A stretch of 39,274 nucleotides of DNA from Alloascoidea hylecoeti (GCA_001600815.1 BCKZ01000044.1:26034-65307), one strand, 5' to 3'; positions 10,210-23,400 are shown, counted from the first letter of the stretch. Notes: generated from the letters alone by a model not told the origin. A program made the numbers and translations.

Positions 10210-12453
10210 TTATTTATTTGTTATTTCAGAAACTTTTAATTTTTTCAATAGACTTTCAGTTTTTGACTCAGTTTCAGACTCATTATCAAATGAGCATGAC
10301 CTCCCTCTTTTATGGCATGAGTTTCCTCTCTCAGTTTTATTGCCAGGTGTAGGATTTAAAATTGATACTAAAGATGATGAACTTGATACAGTAGGTATTC
10401 CTTGTCTAATATTACCACTATTCATGATGCTTGAGGAATTTGAAGTAGCTATAGGTGATTCTCCATCCTTACTATCTGATTCATTTGAACATTCCTCTAT
10501 TTTGTTAAGTGCTGCATTTTCAATAGGAGGAACAGAAGTTGTATATGAAGGATATGTGCTCAGTGAACTGATACTACCTTGACCTGATACATAAGAACTA
10601 ATAGATGAAAGAGATCCCTGTGATGTTCTAACAGAAGTGATAGAAGAAACCGAATTCTTTGAATTGAGGTTTTTTGTAGGTGATGTAGGTAAATTATTGA
10701 TCATACCTTGATCTGATTTATTCACATTTCCATTCATATTTCCATTCATATTTCCATTATATGAAAGCGCTGGTGTACCATTCCGTGTAATATAAGAATC
10801 TTGTTCTGCATCACTAGTTATTCTCTGTGATGGTGAAGAAGGATGGTATGGGTGAGAAATTGGGGTAGATGCTAAGTTACTACTTGTGGTAGGGCTAAAA
10901 TACTTATTCAAATTTCCACTTCTCCGGCCAAATCCGGATGATTGAGTATAAGCTTCCTGTTGATAAGTTGATGTAGTTGAGTTCGAACCTGAAAGACTTT
11001 GCAGAACACGAGATGCCTTTTGTTCAGCTAATGATGAATAGCCTAGATCATAGCTATGATTTCTACCAGATATTAATGATGTATCCCTAGATGATTTAAC
11101 AGGCGAGATAGAAGGAACAGAATGCGATTTTGGGAAAGAATTCATAGAGTCTTTTCCTTGTGGAGAAGTAGCCAATAATGAGCTATAACTATTTGTAATA
11201 TTATCAGATGTAGGTGTAATTGGGGCCCGTGATAAAGGATCAAATAAAACAGATGGATTTCGTGGTTTTGATCTTGAAGGATTAAACGATGCTGACAATT
11301 GTGTATCAGTAGTTCCTACACCACCTGCCATTGTACCCGATGAGTTAGTTTGATACAAATACCCAGAAGAAGGCACTGAAGAGTAAGTAGGTCTAGATTC
11401 GATACCATCATTCATATTACTTGTCATTTGTGTACGATACCTGATCGACTCATAGTAATCAGATTGAGTAGTAGCTTTCAATGGGGAGTTTTGTGGGAGC
11501 ATATAAGACCCATTTAATCCATTACCTGTTTCAGCGTAAGATCTGGATGACATTGGCAAGGTAGTTGATATACTTGAGCCCAAAGTAGTTGAATTTGGGG
11601 ATATCATTGGTTTATTAAAAGAAGAGAAAGATTGTTGCTGAAATGAATCACCATTACTAATCGAAGTCTTAATAGATGATAATGGAGGCAATGAACTTGT
11701 AGAAGCTATTGATGAATACCTTGCATTATTTTCAGTGAAATGTATTAAGTCTTTATTAGCATTTTGTAAATCTCTAGTCATGTCATCCGATTTGGATCGA
11801 ATTTGTTGATTTGTATAATATAAATCACGGGTTGAGTTTTCCATCATACCAATTTGATCTTCCTTTGTAGCTAACCCATAAATAGACTGCTGTTGTAAGG
11901 GTATATATGACTGTAATGAAAGATTATAAGGTTGATAAAATTGTTGTGGCTGTTGTTGGGGTGGTATTGGCACATAACCTGAGTTCATGGCAAATAGCTG
12001 ACCATAATTGAATGAATTGAGGGATCCCAATGGAGTCTGTGTCTGTAAAGGGAGTGCTTGTTGAGCAAAATGGTGAGTTTGAGATGTGCTGCTATGGCTT
12101 GAGGTCCGTCTCTTGATATTAGCCAAGGACTCAATATCACCCTTCCTGAAGTAACCTTGACTATGTCTGAATTCCCAAACAGCTTCACTTCCTGTATTAT
12201 GGGAGTTTGAAGCATGAGAAGATTTATTAACATCACTAACCTTATGAAAACCATACATATGAAGTTGCCTGACAAATGAGGCTACATTTCCATGTTTAAA
12301 GTAACTTTTCAATGTATGAGCGAACTCAGTGCCGGGTACTAAAGCAAATCTACCATCATCGCCTGCCGTCCACCACATTAAATTGGAGAGAGCAGGATCT
12401 TCCAGCATGGCGTACAGCTTGTGTACGAAAGCAGTCTTCTTAGCCTCTGGCAT
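10210..12453 (-). CDS. HSF-type DNA-binding transcription factor, Mga1/Sfl2/Sfl1 subfamily
   Basis: N-terminal HSF domain (AFVHKLYAML...YFKHGNVASFVRQLHMYGFHKV...WEFRH..FRKGD) followed by a long S/N/Q-rich region. Linkage to BRF1 and LSC2 mirrors S. cerevisiae MGA1. Confidence 0.92.
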   Translation of the reverse strand: MPEAKKTAFVHKLYAMLEDPALSNLMWWTAGDDGRFALVPGTEFAHTLKSYFKHGNVASFVRQLHMYGFHKVSDVNKSSHASNSHNTGSEAVWEFRHSQGYFRKGDIESLANIKRRTSSHSSTSQTHHFAQQALPLQTQTPLGSLNSFNYGQLFAMNSGYVPIPPQQQPQQFYQPYNLSLQSYIPLQQQSIYGLATKEDQIGMMENSTRDLYYTNQQIRSKSDDMTRDLQNANKDLIHFTENNARYSSIASTSSLPPLSSIKTSISNGDSFQQQSFSSFNKPMISPNSTTLGSSISTTLPMSSRSYAETGNGLNGSYMLPQNSPLKATTQSDYYESIRYRTQMTSNMNDGIESRPTYSSVPSSGYLYQTNSSGTMAGGVGTTDTQLSASFNPSRSKPRNPSVLFDPLSRAPITPTSDNITNSYSSLLATSPQGKDSMNSFPKSHSVPSISPVKSSRDTSLISGRNHSYDLGYSSLAEQKASRVLQSLSGSNSTTSTYQQEAYTQSSGFGRRSGNLNKYFSPTTSSNLASTPISHPYHPSSPSQRITSDAEQDSYITRNGTPALSYNGNMNGNMNGNVNKSDQGMINNLPTSPTKNLNSKNSVSSITSVRTSQGSLSSISSYVSGQGSISSLSTYPSYTTSVPPIENAALNKIEECSNESDSKDGESPIATSNSSSIMNSGNIRQGIPTVSSSSSLVSILNPTPGNKTERGNSCHKRGRSCSFDNESETESKTESLLKKLKVSEITNK

Positions 12454-15400
12454 TGGTGAATTAATAGATAGATCTTAAGCTTGTCGATGAGGGCATCAAC
12501 TTCGTTGGTGATTGAAAAGGAAAAAAGAAAATTCGTGAAGGATGGGAGTTCTAATATATTGCAAAATACGCCAGAAATAATATATAATTATTAATTAGAA
12601 GACACCGAGTGATAATGAAAAAAATATTTGAATATTATGAAGAAATCCAGAATAAAAATGAAATTAAATTAAATATCTAATTAAATTTCTTATTAGATGC
12701 ACACCGCTGCATCTTTATTGTTCGTAGATGCAGAAGCATGCATGATTATCTATGCGCACCTGTCAAAATAAACTTTCTCTCAACTTGAATGCCTTTCATT
12801 TTTCATCCGGGGTCACATGACATTCCTTCTAAGATTAATTAAGACTTAAATTATGAATGATTGCAATAAAATGCACTCTAACAACTCCTGTGCAAACGGT
12901 AAGACGTTAGGAGTATGTATTTATAGGCGGTGAAGATTCCTTGGAGGTTGGACTCGGGCGTTCATGGCACTTCATGCTGGTATAACTGTACTTAACAATA
13001 ATAATTATAAGCTGAACATTGTTATGTATGCTCCATGATCATGATATCATGAGATCAATAGTATTATAATTAAGAAATCCTACATTCTAACTATTTTGTC
13101 AAACGTCGTCGCCTTCTTATTTTTCCTTTTATCTTTAAGATTAATGTTATTTTCTATTTTAACAAAGGTTTTGGAAAACATCCGTTCGTTCTGCAGTTAT
13201 TTATATACCTCTAGGTATCAACTTTTCAAATGCATTTATGTCGATAACAAAATAATTACAACAATAATATAATAATATTAATTGACTAATCATGTTCCGT
13301 ACTTTACTTTAAATCTGGAGAAATAAAATTTAATATTGTTTTAATAAGCGTATACGTATTCTCAATATTAATATAACATAATTAAGCTTATTTAGGTGCC
13401 TATCAGTAGCCAAATCTACTAATCTATTTGCCAATTCTGATCAAGCATTATAATTTCTTAAATTTTGATAACAAATTGATCCCTATAAAGTCTTGAATGG
13501 TTAGGAGTTGGTAGTATGCAAAGAACGCTATTATAAAATCATAGAAATAATTATAGTATATTTTGTCCGTAAATAACTAGGGAGTAATTCATCTATTATA
13601 TGTGTAATATTAATAATATTGCAATAATGGGTTTATTTCTTTGTTGGCTTTGTAACTTCTGCTCTTCAAAAATAGAAAATTTACGGTGAAGAAATAGTAA
13701 AACTTAAGCTTAATTGTCTTACTGTTAGATCTAGATGATCGGCATTGTAATTGGTAATAGTAGTTATGGTGAATCCTTAATCTACTCTAGAGACGAGATT
13801 TTTCTGGTTGGATAATTTAAAGAGAAAATAACTCAACCAGACTTTTGTTTATTTATTTCAATTAAAGGCGGCAATTTTTCACAAGAAGGGTATGCTAGCG
13901 CTCAACCTTTAAAATTAATTTTTAATCAATATTTAAATTTGTTTTTAATTATATTTTCTTTGTACTGTGTGAGCATAAACTGTGCTAACTTTAAAGCATC
14001 TGAATTAAATCAATTGTGTATCAATGTGTCCAATACACCAAAATGGAAATAGAAACATGAGATCAATTGCAAACTTATATATACAATTTAGTCAATATCA
14101 AGAGTTTTAAGACTGCCGTGGGTATTAATATTGGTCATGAAGTCTTTTATTCAGGATTAAATGGTTCTCTCAAACTTTAATTGGTCTCCCTTTTTAATTT
14201 CCAACTCTATGATTCTGAAAATAGCACACATACATACATGTATATATTTTGATTGCATTAATATTGATTTCCATAACTTAATCCACTCTATATATATCTG
14301 ATTATAATTGTAGTTAATAAGACCTTGCTATTGATATTATTTTAGATGTATTATGGAAAAAATTATATTTACTGGCACATGGTAATTATAAGTTTTATTA
14401 AATTAATTTGAAGTATAATTATAGTGATCAAATGCATGTAGATCAATATCAATTGCATTGATATCTGGTCTATATCAAAAAATATTATCAATAATATCAT
14501 AGACCAATGCTAGTAAATGTAATTGAATGATACAGTAATAGTTAAATGATGCTATAATCAGGAAGATACATCATGGACTTCGTTGAATAAACTACAATCA
14601 TCACATATAAGAAGCTCAACAGTAATTAAACATTTTTAATGTAAGGAAGTAACATATATCCATACATATTTTCATGATCAGTAAGCATTATGTTTCTCTC
14701 ATCAGTGTCATCACCAAATCAAGAAAAATTAGCACTTGTAAAAATTGCAATTGGGAAAATTTTGAACATGTCGACAAGGATATTAATCACAATTGATGAA
14801 AACCGAAAGATTGATATATTATTTTGAATTTATAATTATTAAAAGATATTTTCATCGAATCTGAAATTGGAATAGAATGTGAGCAAAATTGGCTAATCAA
14901 AAAAGAGAATTGTTTTAAGAATAAGTTTAGTCCAATTAAAGGTAAATTAATGTCGTAAATGTGAACCACAAACTATAAGGCCTAATAGCCATAATTATGA
15001 TTATACTAATTGGATCTTATTTTTGAAAAGATGTTTATTCGGTTGCAAAACTTGCAATATATTTGAAAAGTAACCACGTCCACGGAATACTGCTAGATTT
15101 TAATTTTTAATTGGATTTAATTGACTAATTCATGTATACAGTATAGCTAATAAGGAGTTATATAGATCTATAACTTATATATGGCCATACAATTAATATA
15201 AGGTTACTTTATTTTGTACCATAATTAGAACGATATATAAAACGCTGTAATTATATGAGATATGGTTAATTGAAATTTCAATAACAAGCAACAACACATA
15301 TCCATATATATCTTTTGTTGTTATATTAAAAAACTAACTGATTAATTTAAACAATTTTCCGGAACGCCATTAAAGGGGCAAAATGCAACGGTTCAAAGTT

Positions 15401-15551
15401 TAAGGGATGCATCTATGTATTATATGCAAAATATGAGACATGACAAGTTGCAAGTTGCAACTGGTAATTGTAATATTAACTGTTTCCTGGACCTCTCCTA
15501 GACCACAATCATTAAATGTATAACTTAAAAGATTTATAAATATACTGTATA

Positions 15552-15724
15552 CGTAATCGGGGTGATTCAGAGCTCAAGGAAGAAGTTCTCCAGCTCAGGC
15601 ATGAAAATTTTTATGATGTTAGCTCAAGATTAGGCCTGTAACTATAGTGATACATGTACGTGGTATATGCTAACGATCTATAAAGGTTCAATCGCTACAG
15701 CTTTTTTATGTCCATGGCAAAATC
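15552..15724 (+). mobile_element. Possible Ty3/gypsy integrase zinc-finger (HHCC) relic
   Basis: ELKEEVLQLRHEN...RLG* then, across frameshifts, WYM / NDL*RFNRYS / C / MAK. This loosely follows the integrase H2C2 pattern and is heavily decayed. Confidence 0.3.
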
Positions 15725-18459
15725 AAAATTATATTTATAACAATTAAAAATTAATTATATAATTTTAAGGCCAACTACATTTACTGTAACCTTTGAAACA
15801 AACTGCAGAATATATATGTATAAGGGATAATAGGATCATGGTTCATTATAATCATGAAGCTAAAATGTATTGATTGAGATTGCAATTGTTGTGATATCAT
15901 ATTAATATTTTTTTTACAATTGCAATTGCAGCTGCATTATAAATTCATAATTATGTGTGTAACACTGTAACAAGATAAATTACCTTTTATTTTATATAAT
16001 TATTACTTATAATCACTTTGGAGAATAATTTAGATTCAAGAAACAAATATATTGTAATTGAATATCAGCTTCATTAATTAGTAATCGTGATCATCAATAT
16101 ATATGAAGAAATATAGAGGATATGGTACATAGATGGGAAAAAAATGGTATGTTGCATTTTTTCTATACCGGTATAGATCTGTTACCATTTTAAAGACACA
16201 ACTTCCCCGTCTCAGATCGATGAATCTATAATATTCTTTAGGAATATGTCATAACATAAGTTCAATAGAAGCACTAGCCTAAATTCTTACAACCTCTGAT
16301 CTTATAATTGCAATATTAGTATATTTTTTATTTAGAAATGTGCTTTAACGGGTACGAGCGATATCATAATGGTATGCCATGTGAATCGTAGTTTATATTT
16401 ATGAAATTTTGATTTGAAATTACAGAAAAGCTTAATTAAATGTGTGATCAGTTTATTACTCGGGATTCGGGAATACTATTATTTCTGTTGAACATGGGGT
16501 CCATTTAATTCATAATTATAACATTAACTATAATTTGATCAATTTTAAAGGTAACCCTATGATCGTATTTCAGTGAACTTCTCACAATTAAGTTTTATAC
16601 TTATAACTATATATATATATAACTATAGCTAGCACTTATAATATAAGTGTTCATCACCGATCTATGATAACTCAAAAATGAAAAGACGACAAATACAACA
16701 CCGCTGTTGGTTTCCTAGTATATAATAGCCGGTAATATAGTTAAGAAAAGCATCTCATAATTAACGTTAAGTATTCAAAGAGCCGCAAATATATACTAGG
16801 TAATTAAGCTTATCATTATCATCATAATATTATTCTTGTTAGAACATTGTATATTTTTGTATAAATAGCTGTTCGGCTTTTTGTACCATACTTAATTATA
16901 AGCTTAGGATCCAAATATATATTATGGCTCTAGAAACCTCCTAGCTGAAACGTATATCGGTGATTTTGATTAGTAGATCAAATTAATTGATAAATAATAA
17001 TTGTACTAGTAAATGCTATGGTTATATTATTTATCAGCATGCGATTCTCAAGGGAGAGAGCATGAAGTTTTAACTTGAAATTAATAAGTAATTAATTGTA
17101 TGATAATCGGCAGAATAAATTATATTTGAAGCTGAAAAGAGTACAATTTCCGCCATCGTATATATATACAGTCATAAATCATAATAAACTATTTATTTCA
17201 TGTTAATATGTTGTATATCACCTGCTTTCTTTGACTTTGTTCTATTAATTAATCATCGTACTAATATTCTATATATATTTCAGTTTCTATGTTCGCCACA
17301 CCACAAAAGGTTCTTTAATTCAAGGTTTCCCGTACTACATTTTGAAATAATAGATGTATAACATAGTGTCGAAAAGATTCAAGGATCCACAAGAAAGCTT
17401 CCTTCCAATTCGACTATAATTACTATTGATATCGCATCCCAACCTTCTATTGTTAATAAGTGTCTGATAATATAGACTCTAAAGTTAAATTACAAACAAG
17501 AAAAAAGTAGCATTAGAAAATTTAATTATATGATATATGAAATGTAAGTTTTCATATAATTATGTAACATATATCAATTTATAATAAATATTATATCAGT
17601 ATATTTTACGTTAATTATGTTTTTGCGCTGGTATTTCAAGAAAAAAAAGGAGCTGAATTGGTCTTTTAATAACCAATTAAGCGATATACATATTACCGTC
17701 AATCTAAACTCAATTAGTTGTACGTTTGCGTATTTGTCTATTATATAATAATATTGCACCCATTATTATTTCATATGCACCTGCAGCTGGTTAAATGGAG
17801 TAATCACAGCTGCTTGTAAGATCTAACAGAACCTTTTTCTTTCGATTCGACTTTTCCAAAGCTTCTCTATTATGTCTTCCCCATACACTATTAAATAGAA
17901 AGTTTAGTTTACAAAACTTCTATCACATTTAATAAGTTGTAACCAAAGGTTTTGGTTTTTCTTTATCCTTTTGAAGACAAAGAAAAATAAATATTAATGT
18001 TTTGAAGTCATAATTAAGAATAATAGCTCCCCTGAATTTGCAGTGGACTGATCAGCAAAAAGCGAGAAATTATTTTAATATAAATATATAATTATTATGT
18101 TAAATTTTTGGGATGAGACCATTTGCAGCTGTATGTGGATCTAAACATATATCATATAGCTATGGCTATCGACATCATCAGTCTATTTATTATATATTTT
18201 TCTCTCCTGGAAACTCAAGCCTCATTAATCGTGACTGTTAATGTTTTAAAAATATAAAGGTCACGATTACTGAGCTTTATTTTTCTAGATATTTATGACA
18301 ATAAGTTGAGGTACGTAATAGCACAGCCGGATTCTTTTCGGGACACTACTTAAAAGCTATAGCTACTTAATATACTCTACATTAAGTCTACAAGTCCTTA
18401 AACATGTCTTAAAATAGTGCAGAAAGTCTCGTAAATAAATTCTACCTATTTCAGTAGTC

Positions 18460-18880
18460 TATATGAAATAGCTTGGGATTTAGTATCCTTAACGTCATAC
18501 GCCGCTGCCACTATTGAGCTTAAGCAGGAGTTTTAGGATCACCAATCACCCTATAGAATGGAGTAGGACCACTATTTCAAATTCGATCCCATAGCATAAT
18601 ACTTACAGACCCATATTTTCTTATATTGTAAATATTTTAAGGTTCAAAGGCCTAACTTGAGTGCTGTCGAGCATATACTTTTTCAGACCTGGATACTATT
18701 GCGACCGAACATTTGTCACTGAATACAACACCTTTTAAAACGTCCTGATACCGCTCCAATCTATCTTTAGACTATATGATTCTGTTCATTTGGATTTTCT
18801 GAACAATGTGTGGTCCTTTACGTGCCGAAAATCCTCAATATCTATGTTTCTTAGAAGAATTACTAGGGCTAGTCTTTAAT
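18460..18880 (-). mobile_element. Decayed Tc1/mariner (DDE) transposase, N-terminal catalytic part
   Basis: One frame reads GFSARKGPHIVQKIQMNRII*SKDRLERYQDVLKGVVFSDKCSV...VYARQHSS*AFEP*N...KYGSVSIMLWDRI*NSGPTP...GDP. Motif order and spacing match Tc1 (ARKKP...RL.W...VVFSDE...KxGxxSIMxWG). Confidence 0.8.
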
Positions 18881-19377
18881 TATATATCTAGCTGTTTATT
18901 TACTATATCGATAGCGCTAGCTATAGCTATGTAAAATTAGATGTTTGTAATATACTAGGGACATCCATGTTTTAAAACTTATTGATTTATGATTGATGAG
19001 AGTTTTATCCTTCAGTATTAGCTCATTATATTAATGATCAACTAGGTCTTTTCTAATATATTTTTTATGTATGAGCATGAAGTTCTTAATTAAGTTTTCT
19101 CGTTTGATTGTTCCTTTATAATTAATTTTCATGTAAGTGATCAATATAGAAAACAAATAGCTTTATTTGCTAATTGATCATTTAACTGTAAAGCGTGATT
19201 TTAAGATTATAAGACTTTATGGGAACATATTACGTTGTTTATTAATATTATTTAGGTCTATTCTACAATGAAAAATAAAAGTTGCATGAGCTTACAGATA
19301 GAGAGGTAATGAAAGCACCAAATTTTTGACTCAGAATTGACGAAAACTACGGCTAAGATTTATAGTCTAAGTAAGTA

Positions 19378-19440
19378 GGCAAGTTCACTATCACTGAGAA
19401 CTCTCCGGTCGGATTAGGTAAATCTACCCTAATTCAAACG
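19378..19440 (+). pseudogene. Isolated P-loop (Walker A) coding relic
   Basis: GKFTITENSPVGLGKSTLIQT, preceded by in-frame stops. Confidence 0.3.
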
Positions 19441-20898
19441 TATGGGATTAAAAGCCAACGTAGTAATTCTCTTCATCGATTTTCCAACAGGAGGTCCAGA
19501 CAAGATATAAACTTTATAGACTTACTTATTTTATAACTCTGCATATATATTTGTGATTAATTATAAAAAAATATATTTATATATACGATTAATTATAAGC
19601 TTCTATAGCTAACGACGTTAACATTAACCCAAGCTATTTTTTAATTTATAATTTCGGTTCATAATCAAAGTGAGTTATAAATATGAAATGAATAAGCATA
19701 ATTATAATTACAAGTATTCTGAAAAATATTTATTCATGTATGCAAATAATTGCAAATGAAATTGACAAATTGACTGTCAAAATTAATCAATATATCATAC
19801 CTATATCAAATTGTCAATATTAATTCCAATATAATATATATAGAGTGATCTACAAATTCCTCTTAAGAGTTTTGAATTAATTATATAATTATAGCTCTAT
19901 AATTATAACCGTATAAATATGATAAATCTAGCTGAGTTAATCATCAATCTACAAATAAGTTGTATGTATCCCACGACTGAATGCTGTTAAAAAAGTTCGA
20001 AGCTATAAAATAAGACCATGTATAATAGTTCTTCTGAACTCATCAAGCGGATAAACTTTTAAATTTAAAAATATGATTTTAAGACATTTATAAATATTAA
20101 CTAAGACAATTGGATGTTCTACATGTTTTAAATTCATATAAATATATTCGATATATCGATTTTCTTGATCACCAGATACAGTTACAATTATGTATGACGT
20201 ACAACATGATTCATAATAAATAACTTAAACTATTCGATAAATACTTATTTAAATAATAGAAAACTGACAATTGAAGAGTATACGAGCATGTGCAACACAC
20301 TACCGTTGTATATCTATATTTACTTTAAATTTCAGCCTAGTTACTAGTTGGCTGTTAATAATCAATTGTGAAAAAACCAGAACTATATCAGGGGTAATAA
20401 TATCTCTATAACTATTGTTAAGGCGTTTTGTTCTGTGTGATACAGCATCTCAAAATATAACATATAGTCTACTGAATCATTACTGATATTACCAGCAAAA
20501 AAGTATACCCAGTAAAAGTGTGTATATTAGCCATATTAATGATTATCGCGATTAGTAGGCGCTAGCTATAGTCTAGGGAAATATATATCTAGAATGAAAA
20601 GTGACTTCTTGTTTGTTTAGCGCCATAGGCATATATATCAATTGTATTTGGACTTACCTTAATTAAGCCTTTCCCAAACATTTAAAAAGCTATCTGAACA
20701 ATTTTAATAATAATTCTAATAGTGTGGCTTTATAATATAATCTTATAATCTCCGAGCTGAAAAATAATTCACATAATACTTACAAAAATAAAAGTATGAA
20801 TATAAAATAATAAAATCGGGAGGACAACAATTGCATGTAAGGTTATATCGTAGCGCTTCATAGGCACAAGCTACATATTTGAACAGTTTTTTTCACCT

Positions 20899-21215
20899 AG
20901 TTGGTAGCAATAGTTTTGAAAAATATTAATTTTTTAGAGATTAATTAAAATAATATTTGTAGTGATATGTAAATTATTTAGTGATTCCATCGAAAATTAT
21001 TTAGCCACACCTGAAAATAATTAGTGAATGAATATAGAAATATTTAGCGAGGATATTATAGTAATTTAGTAGCTTTTTCAGAATATTGATGTCTCTAATT
21101 AGCGATTCATTTGAAAATTGTTAGCGAATATCGACAATTATATAACGATACTTTCGAGAAATTTGTTAGCCATCTCTGTGGGAATTTATTAGCCATTTTC
21201 TTGGGAATTAATTAT
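20899..21215. repeat. Degenerate tandem array of mostly 19-24-bp units (TTAGYSA...GAAAATT-like)
   Basis: Units start at 20978, 21001, 21021, 21044, 21066, 21099, 21121, 21142, 21166 and 21189, e.g. ttagccatctctgtgggaattta and ttagccattttcttgggaattaa. Confidence 0.65.
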
Positions 21216-22043
21216 TCGTATTCGTCTTATATAATTGCAATCATTACCAAATTTAAATAGGAATTCTAATCAATAAACACATCCACCTTCACAAGATTGT
21301 TTTGATCTTGTGGAAAAGCTCTCATAAAGCGGGAGTTGCTTGAATAAATGGAAAGGTTGATCAAATAGTTTGCAGATGCTTAAAAGATTCCACAATTTCT
21401 ATAGTGTAATATTAATATTAGTATTATTATAACTTTTCTGCGAATATCTTCATGTATTAATGCAGACTAAAAAAACTCGGCAATGTATGCATTTAGAGTA
21501 TAAAGCCACATACATAAAGAAATATCAAGATCTACTAATCGTTTAGAATAACTGTTAACTTCTGAAAATTAGACTCAAGTGTTGTATATAGTTAATGAAT
21601 TATTGTAGAAGAACTAAAAAGCTAAAGCTATGATTTACAAGCCACAATTAGATTTAAATTAGCTTAACATGATGTCATGATCTTCCCAGGCCGATCAAAC
21701 AATTTTTTTGAGAAATAGGACACTCAAAGAAAATTATATTAGAAAAAGTGTTATACCAACATTAAATTAATATAGAGACCCCTCTAGACTATGTATAAGT
21801 TATACGTATACAATTGCAAAAATTTCCATACATGTATAAAACTTTATAGTATAAACATATTTTAATCAGACTAGTTGCAGTAAGTATTAATTAATGTAAT
21901 TAAGTATTTACTATTATTGCAAATAGTATCACTACGCGTACATGTGGAAGTTTAGATCTAGTTCTAGAGTTTTATACTATATAGTTTATTACTATAGTAT
22001 TGAATGTTTTACCGAAACTTATAATTATATCCATAAACATCTG

Positions 22044-22089
22044 TATGTTATAGTTTTATGTTATAGTTTTATGTTATAGTTTTATGTTA
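22044..22089. repeat. Perfect 13-bp tandem repeat (TATGTTATAGTTT) x3.5
   Basis: Read directly from the sequence. Confidence 0.9.
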
Positions 22090-23139
22090 AAAATATTAGA
22101 AGTGGTCAGTGATAAGTATGGGATCATTTCAAGAATATCATAAAATCAAAATTATAGTATGGCTATTGTAAAAGAAAACAACAATTTTTCTGTGAAGCTT
22201 GATACTGTTGCATTGTTAAAGAAGTTTTGAAAGTCTTAAGCTTAGAACTATTAAATTTATCACATTGTTTGTTTTTATAATATTAAATATTATATTGGTA
22301 CTTAGAGTTCGAAATTTCTGAGCCTCCAGATATTGTTTTTATTTCATTTTAAAGCTATTAATTTATTAACCTTTCTTATAATTGTATTGCTATATCTAAC
22401 TAAATGATTATTTATATGCATGCGAATATGCTCCTTTGGTTATGATTGATATAGCTTCCATCATTATATACATTAATTAACTCAACCTTCCTGTTTAATT
22501 CCAAAATTTTTTGTTTTGAGGTACTAGTATTACCGTACTATGCTATCATAACTACAATTATAAACTGTTTCATTTCCTCTTTGATCATTCTTAGGTATAT
22601 CTGTACTTGTACCAATATGTCTAATTTATGCAATTAACGAGTGTGAATTGAGTGTTCACTCAATTAATTATATGCTTCTTCTTATAGGTTCAAAACGAAT
22701 GTTTACAGTGAAACTTTATATAGAAATAAACTTTAAGCATACATAACATATGTTGATTTGCACCAGTATTAGAAAATAATGCATATGGAACACAATAAGT
22801 TGAAGGCTTTTTATATGCATAATACATAGTTGTGATGTTTTGATCTCATATTACTATATACACATGTATTAGAAATTTACAACATATATTTAAGGCTGGC
22901 TATATAATCAATATGGATAACATAGGGTATAAATATACATCCAATTAAAATGTCAAGTGAAGAATACACTATCCTGGACTAACAAATATAATTGGACTGA
23001 TATGCACACCATGGAAATGGGCCATTTTTAACAGTACTTAGTTATAATTATATGAACCGCCATCCATAGATGGTGGATCAGGTATATAATTGCAATTGAT
23101 TAATTAATAACGTTTCATGGGTCCAGATATAGCTATAGC

Positions 23140-23400
23140 TGTTGGTAGCAGCCATTTTGGAAATTATTTGGGGAATGGTTTGGGGGTGTTATTTAACTAG
23201 CAATCGTTTGAATACAAATAAGCAGTTTTAAATATAGAAGAAAATAGCAAGATATCAATAAAGAATAAGTAATTAATCATAGAAGATTAGCCTATTCCTC
23301 CCGGAATAATAGTTCCTGATATGAATATATTCATAGCTAACTAGGTTAAGAAATTATAGGTTCTTGTGCGGAGGTAAAAGTAATTAATATTAACCGTAAG
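23140..23400. repeat. Second, more diverged copy of the 20.9-kb array element
   Basis: gttggtagcagccattttggaaattatt matches gttggtagcaatagttttgaaaaatatt (20900) at 22 of 28 positions. Collinear blocks follow (aatatagaa...tagc.ag.atat) with TAGC-like units about every 22 nt. Confidence 0.5.

Noticed and set aside
760..12275. ORF-track entries overlapping BRF1, LSC2, the 4747 ORF and the HSF gene (760, 847, 2883, 4782, 10143, 10175, 11985)
   Set aside because: Antisense or alternate-frame shadows of real genes with no recognisable motifs.
20959..21211. CRISPR-like interpretation of the periodic array
   Set aside because: Eukaryotic context, a conserved part of only a few nucleotides, a ~22-nt period and no cas genes.
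20652..23291. U1-like ACTTACCTTAA (20652) and U6-like AGAAGATTAGC (23281) matches
   Set aside because: Only about 11-nt matches with no flanking snRNA similarity.
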